Assembly: GCA_048270185.1 (NCBI GenBank)
Contig: JBLWTJ010000001.1
Coordinates: 416,001 to 480,000, forward strand
Source: Bacteriovoracaceae bacterium
GTDB taxonomy: Bacteria; Bdellovibrionota; Bacteriovoracia; Bacteriovoracales; Bacteriovoracaceae
DNA length: 64,000 bases
Direction: 5' to 3'
The notes under the pieces: model-generated
Told to the model about the DNA's origin: nothing
The model's database searches: none
Seen by the model: only the letters and a program-made list of their open reading frames with translations
Translations under genes and position numbers: made by a program
Shown: positions 59,488 to 64,000 of the stretch, piece after piece
Layout of the letters: every line of letters starts with the position of its first letter
Numbering within the stretch: the stretch's first letter is position 1

Positions 59488-60582
59488 ATGACAACGACAA
59501 CTCAAACAGCTACTCCAGAAGTAAATAACTTACCTCAAAGAAAAGAGGATAAGACATCTTATAAAGTTAAGATGAATATTATTTCTTTCATAATCGACTT
59601 CCTACTTTGGTCATATATGATCTTAGTTTCTTGGAAGATCGTATGGGAAAAATTAATTCTAGGTCTTAGATACCCAGATTTTTCATGGAATCAACCACTG
59701 CTAGCACTTGCGATTGGAGCAATCGTAGCGGCGGCCCTTTTTATGACAAAAATGTCTCTAGGTCGTGGTGTTACAGGAATTATGAAGCGTGATGAAAATA
59801 CTCTTTTTATGAAGGAGCCATTTTCAATCGTTCTTATCGCAACAATTGTTCTAACTTTTATTGCGAGTATCTTCATTTCACAAATCTCTGTATATGAATT
59901 CCTATCAGAATCAGGAATGACAGGAGCTAAGAGAATCTTTACAGCTCTTCTAACTCCAAACTTTGCAATTTTTGAAGAAGCACTATTTGCTGCAATTGAA
60001 ACTATCTACATGGCATTTATTGCAACTGCTGTAGCTCTTCCAATTGCATTTGTACTGGCCTTCTTTGCAGCTAGAAACTTAATGAATGGATCACGTCTAA
60101 CTATGTCGATCTACTCAATTGTTAGATTCTTCTTAAACGTTTCTCGCTCGATTGAGCCACTAGTATGGGCGATTATCTTCTCAGTATGGGTTGGTATCGG
60201 GCCATTCGCAGGTATGATGGCACTTTGTCTTCACTCTGTATCATCACTTTCTAAGCTTTATTCAGAGCAGATTGAGAACGTTTCAAATGGTCCAATCGAA
60301 GCAATGATGGCAACGGGTGCACACCCTGTTCAAGTTATTTGGTTTGGTGTTGTGCCACAAATCGTTCTTCCATACCTTTCTTTCTCAATCTACCGTTGGG
60401 ACATTAACGTTCGTATGGCCACAGTTATTGGTCTAGTTGGTGGAGGTGGTATTGGTACAATGCTAATGCAGTACCAAGGTCTTGCTAAGTGGAATGAAGT
60501 TGGTCTTTTAGTAATCGTTATTGCTGCAATCGTTTGGGCAATGGACTGGTTATCTTCTAAGATCCGAGAAGCCATAAAATAA
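59488..60582 (+). CDS. phnE: Phosphonate ABC transporter permease with extra N-terminal TMs
   Basis: ETIYMA, RSIEPLVWA, GIGPFAG, KLYSEQIE, YRWDINVRMATVIGLVGGGGIG. Confidence 0.92.
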   Translation: MTTTTQTATPEVNNLPQRKEDKTSYKVKMNIISFIIDFLLWSYMILVSWKIVWEKLILGLRYPDFSWNQPLLALAIGAIVAAALFMTKMSLGRGVTGIMKRDENTLFMKEPFSIVLIATIVLTFIASIFISQISVYEFLSESGMTGAKRIFTALLTPNFAIFEEALFAAIETIYMAFIATAVALPIAFVLAFFAARNLMNGSRLTMSIYSIVRFFLNVSRSIEPLVWAIIFSVWVGIGPFAGMMALCLHSVSSLSKLYSEQIENVSNGPIEAMMATGAHPVQVIWFGVVPQIVLPYLSFSIYRWDINVRMATVIGLVGGGGIGTMLMQYQGLAKWNEVGLLVIVIAAIVWAMDWLSSKIREAIK

Positions 60583-60584
60583 AT

Positions 60585-60613
60585 AAAAAAAGAGACTGAG
60601 TGTCTCTTTTTTT
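60585..60613. terminator. Rho-independent terminator after phnE (bidirectional)
   Basis: AAAAAAAGAGAC-TGAGT-GTCTCTTTTTTT. Confidence 0.88.
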
Positions 60614-60715
60614 AATTATGCGCCCTTCTTTAGGGTACAGCATATTCGAGAGAAAGACCTTTAGGTCTTTCGGTTCGCCAAAAGCGCAAAATAAAGATTC
60701 TATTTATATAAAGAG

Positions 60716-60745
60716 AAGGCCAGCTACAAAGCTGGCCTTTTTTAT
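60716..60745. terminator. Rho-independent terminator
   Basis: AAGGCCAGCT-ACAA-AGCTGGCCTT followed by a T-run. Confidence 0.85.
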
Positions 60746-60752
60746 TTCTGCG

Positions 60753-60986
60753 TTAGTTATCGCACATCCCCTTCTTAACAAAAGTATCCTGAATTTTTAA
60801 TGCATCACCTTTTGTATACCAGTATTGGCTATGCGGTTTCTCATGAATCAAAATACGATAATGATTCTTTGCTGGGTGCTTTTGTAGTGAACACGTTCCT
60901 TCAACCGAGGCGATTCCCCTCGAACTCATCCCACCACAGGATGCAAGTGTTGCACCTAAAATGACTACGGATAGTAATCTCTTCAT
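60753..60986 (-). CDS. Small lipoprotein
   Basis: AGGAGG SD, lipobox LASC, RGIAS motif, two further Cys; TAAA-N16-ACCGATTA at 61019-61046. Confidence 0.85.
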   Translation of the reverse strand: MKRLLSVVILGATLASCGGMSSRGIASVEGTCSLQKHPAKNHYRILIHEKPHSQYWYTKGDALKIQDTFVKKGMCDN

Positions 60987-61116
60987 AATTCCTCCTACGT
61001 CCATAATACGTAGTAATTTAATCGGTTATTCAGAGAATTAACTTTAGTAAACGAGTCAATTATTATTGTATTTAAAAGTTGGCCACTTTCATGTATGCTG
61101 TTGTAAAGGAGAAAAA

Positions 61117-61590
61117 ATGAAAGGAAATCAACAAGTTATCGATATTTTTAATGAGCTATTAACACAAGAGTTGTCGGCCATTGATTTATACTTTCTTCAT
61201 TCTCGACTTTTTCAAGATATGGGTTTAACAAAGCTTTTTGAACGTATTAATCATGAAAAAGATGATGAAACGATACATGCAACAATACTCATTGAACGCA
61301 TTATTTTCCTTGAAGGACTGCCAGAGCTAGGCAATAGACTTCCATATAAGCCTGTACGTGATGTAAAAAGTCTACTAGAAGATGAACTACGTTATGAGGT
61401 GGAAAATAGTAAAATGCTTCGTAAAGCTATTGCTCTTTGTGAAGACAAGAAGGACTTTGTTTCTCGTGACCTTCTACTCAAGCTTCTATCAGATACTGAA
61501 AACGATCATATTGACTGGCTAGAGACTCAATTATCACTTATCGAAAAGATAGGTATTGAGAATTATCTTCAGACAGCTTCTGAACAGTAA
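61117..61590 (+). CDS. bfr: Bacterioferritin-fold ferritin lacking the heme Met (BfrA/FtnA type)
   Basis: MKGN..ELSAIDLYFLHS..HEKDDETIHA..LIERIIFLEG..DTENDHIDWLE. Confidence 0.9.
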   Translation: MKGNQQVIDIFNELLTQELSAIDLYFLHSRLFQDMGLTKLFERINHEKDDETIHATILIERIIFLEGLPELGNRLPYKPVRDVKSLLEDELRYEVENSKMLRKAIALCEDKKDFVSRDLLLKLLSDTENDHIDWLETQLSLIEKIGIENYLQTASEQ

Positions 61591-61666
61591 GAATAAATAT
61601 TAAAAAAACTTAAACTTTCCATGATTTTTTATTTATAATTAATAAAAAATTAAACACGGAAGTTTT

Positions 61667-63355
61667 ATGAGTTTTATTAAGTCAATTTTCATTTGTCTCA
61701 TGACAATCATTCAAGTTTCAACTTTTGCAGCTTTTGCCAAGGTTGTTTCAGTAAAAGGTAAAGTTTCACAACTTGCACCGGGCGCAGTAAAGGCCAGTTG
61801 GATAAAAAAAGGCCAGCTACTTAAGGAGGATACCTCAATTGTCACAAGACTTAGGTCTTTTGTGAAAGTTGAAATCTTAGCTGATGGTAGTTATATCGTC
61901 GTTGGTCCAAATTCTAAAATCGAATTAACAAAGATCGAGAAAAAGAGCGGTAGTATCATACAGCTATTAAACGGTAAAATGAGATCAAATATTGTTCCTG
62001 CTAAAAAGAATGTTACAGGACATAAAGATGTGAATAAGATCTATGTTAAAACTAAAACCATGGCCCTTGGTGTTCGAGGAACAGAGTTTGTAACTGTTGT
62101 CAGCCAAGAAAACCAAGCAACATCAGTAGTAACACTTAAAGGTGAAGTCGCAGTTAGAAAAATCAATCAAGAAGATGTTGATGTTGAGAAAACAGTTAAA
62201 GACAGTTTAGATCGTGATGATGTAACAATTGTAAAAAAAGGTAATGCTTCAACAACATATGCTCACCTATATGAAGAAATTCCTCCGCAGAAAGTAAACC
62301 CAAACCAACTTATTGCACTTGAAAAAAATGAAACGCTACAGACTGTTGCAGTTAAAGATACTCAAAAAGCAAATGATACAGAACTAAATGAAAAGCAGCT
62401 TAAAGAACTATACGGTACAGATGTAAGAGAGGGAGACGTTCCAAATAATGGTGCGATTGTTGATCTTGACTCTGCAATCTTTATCCCTGAAATTAAGGAT
62501 TCAAGCTTAAATGTAGGTAGTGTTGATAAGAATACTGGCCAATTCATAGCTTCTAACGAAGTAAAGCTTGATAAGAAAAAAGGTTTCGTACCAGTAAAAA
62601 AGAACGACGAAGATGCTAAAGAGCTAGCAAAGAAGCTTAATACTAAAATTGAATATAAAGAAGTAAAAGGCCACGAAGTAGTCGATCACTCTCCTACTTA
62701 TAGAGGATCAAATCTATCTTCTCTTGATAATACTTGGGGAGCATCTTTCGGTATTGCGGCAAAACGCATGGCCTACTACTCAATGGACAATAATAACTCT
62801 TCTAATGAATACATCGGAATTGGACTAAGTGCCTCAGGTAGTTACCGTCATGTGCTTAGCCAAGCATTATATTTAAAATATTTTCTCACTCTTGATACAG
62901 CATATATGGATCGAGATAAGTCATCTCCAGATGATAAAGATGATGAATTTATTTCTCCAAGTCTTGGAGCAATGGCATACTACCGAGTAAACAATCAAAT
63001 GCGCCTTATAACAGGATACACACTAGGAACTGATTTTTTCCTATTAGGTCGCCTTGAGAATTCTTTAGACCCGGTGGTTGATCAAGTCCATCAATTTGCT
63101 CCTTACATAACTTTTGGTGCAGAATACGACTATAGCGACAATTGGAGTTATAAAGCAGCTTACCGTTCTTACTTTCCTAGTTCAGATGATCCTAAAATTA
63201 GAATATATACAGGAAAGGGATTTGAGTTAGGAGCAAGAAGAAGACTTTCTAGCAGTAACTCTATCTTATTTAACATTCTACAAAGAGAGTACCTAGTACA
63301 AGATGTTATTGTAAAAAACATCGATTTTAATATTAATTACGAGATGGAGTTTTAA
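61667..63355 (+). CDS. FecR-domain outer-membrane protein with C-terminal beta-barrel
   Basis: Signal peptide; DGSYIVVGPNSKI..LLNGKMR..VKTKTMALGVRGTEF..GEV; ends NYEMEF. Confidence 0.8.
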   Translation: MSFIKSIFICLMTIIQVSTFAAFAKVVSVKGKVSQLAPGAVKASWIKKGQLLKEDTSIVTRLRSFVKVEILADGSYIVVGPNSKIELTKIEKKSGSIIQLLNGKMRSNIVPAKKNVTGHKDVNKIYVKTKTMALGVRGTEFVTVVSQENQATSVVTLKGEVAVRKINQEDVDVEKTVKDSLDRDDVTIVKKGNASTTYAHLYEEIPPQKVNPNQLIALEKNETLQTVAVKDTQKANDTELNEKQLKELYGTDVREGDVPNNGAIVDLDSAIFIPEIKDSSLNVGSVDKNTGQFIASNEVKLDKKKGFVPVKKNDEDAKELAKKLNTKIEYKEVKGHEVVDHSPTYRGSNLSSLDNTWGASFGIAAKRMAYYSMDNNNSSNEYIGIGLSASGSYRHVLSQALYLKYFLTLDTAYMDRDKSSPDDKDDEFISPSLGAMAYYRVNNQMRLITGYTLGTDFFLLGRLENSLDPVVDQVHQFAPYITFGAEYDYSDNWSYKAAYRSYFPSSDDPKIRIYTGKGFELGARRRLSSSNSILFNILQREYLVQDVIVKNIDFNINYEMEF

Positions 63356-63798
63356 TGAAGAAACTACTATTAATTATATCATTTGGACTACTACTGACAT
63401 CATGTTTTAAAACAGATTCAGAAGGGAATGCGTTTATCTTTGAAAATGGTAACCAGATGGCCTTTAGACTAAGAATTGAGAATGTTACTAGTTCAACAGT
63501 CTATTATGGAGCATATAATACTGTTGCAACAACAAGTAACACTGACGTTACACCATTTTCAAATAATAGCTATTGGTGCTTTAAAAAAGTCCAACTCCAA
63601 CAAGAGTCCGGAGGATGGTCTACTGATAACGTAAGTCTCTATGTAAATGGTCCTTCTGTCGCGACCTCTTCATCATTGAACTCAGAACTCAATTACTCAG
63701 TATCACCTGGAGATACTATCGTCTTTAGCCTTAACTGTAGTTCATGTACAAATTTAACAGGATACTTGATAGTTGAGTTAGATGATTGTAATAACTAA
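63355..63798 (+). CDS. Lipoprotein, beta-rich
   Basis: Lipobox LTSC; TAATG coupling to the upstream gene. Confidence 0.8.
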   Translation: MKKLLLIISFGLLLTSCFKTDSEGNAFIFENGNQMAFRLRIENVTSSTVYYGAYNTVATTSNTDVTPFSNNSYWCFKKVQLQQESGGWSTDNVSLYVNGPSVATSSSLNSELNYSVSPGDTIVFSLNCSSCTNLTGYLIVELDDCNN

Positions 63799-64000
63799 TT
63801 AAATAAAAATATCAAAGCAAGTATTGGACTGGAACTCTCCCAGTTCAATACGTCCTTTAATGCTCTCTAACTCCTCCCGAATAGAAGCAAGCCCCATTCC
63901 ACTACCTGGTGTCCCCTTGGTACTTACGCCTAACTCAAAAGCAGCGTCAGGATTTATGAAATCTTTATATTTTCCATTATCAATGTATTGGAGATGTAAT
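63799..64000 (-). CDS. 3' end of a histidine kinase (HATPase_c domain), partial; not in the ORF track
   Basis: Translates as ..YIDNGK..AFELGVSTKGTPGSGMGLASIREELESIKGRIEL..FDIFI* (G1, F and G2 boxes). Confidence 0.85.
   Translation of the reverse strand, partial: LHLQYIDNGKYKDFINPDAAFELGVSTKGTPGSGMGLASIREELESIKGRIELGEFQSNTCFDIFI

Noticed and set aside
60618..60690. Possible c-di-GMP-I riboswitch, tRNA or hammerhead ribozyme
   Set aside because: Consensus cores not found and it is not positioned 5' of a gene; kept only as an unclassified structure
60600..60800. 66-aa ORF spanning the phnE downstream region
   Set aside because: Starts inside a terminator, runs through a second one and overlaps the lipoprotein antisense; no SD

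Overview
AT-rich (roughly 35% GC by eye), gene-dense chromosomal window from a Bdellovibrionota predator, most consistent with Halobacteriovorax/Bacteriovoracia. This is inferred from gene content: many orphan secreted and outer-membrane proteins, a mevalonate operon and abundant sigma28-like promoters. Recognisable housekeeping genes are dut, pnp, rpsO, rpoH, prkA/yeaG-yeaH-spoVR, a PP2C phosphatase, an M23 peptidase, secA, a glpD-like gene, trxB, a five-gene mevalonate operon (fni, mvaA, GYDIA kinase, mvaD, mvk), an RlmL-like methyltransferase, a U32/TrhP pair, mdh, guaD, nfeD-SPFH, mgtC, phnDCE, a heme-free bacterioferritin-type ferritin and the 3' end of a histidine kinase. I found no rRNA, tRNA, CRISPR array, transposase or prophage. 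The best candidates for undescribed biology are: (1) a divergent pair of PilZ-GAF-pseudo-AAA+ proteins (sigma54-activator fold with dead catalytic motifs) behind back-to-back sigma28-like promoters; (2) two paralogous FecR + unknown domain + beta-barrel outer-membrane proteins; (3) a tandem pair of FlgT_C-like + beta-barrel proteins; (4) an unannotated 43-aa ORF plus a three-way-junction RNA between nfeD and its SPFH partner; (5) a zinc-finger + tandem BECR-like protein; (6) a coiled-coil-Hsp20 fusion. I also noted a long pnp leader hairpin, a REPIN-like inverted repeat, a terminator-bracketed structured RNA candidate, recurrent CsrA-type sites and strong GGCC over-representation. All domain calls are from motif recognition by eye, not database searches.
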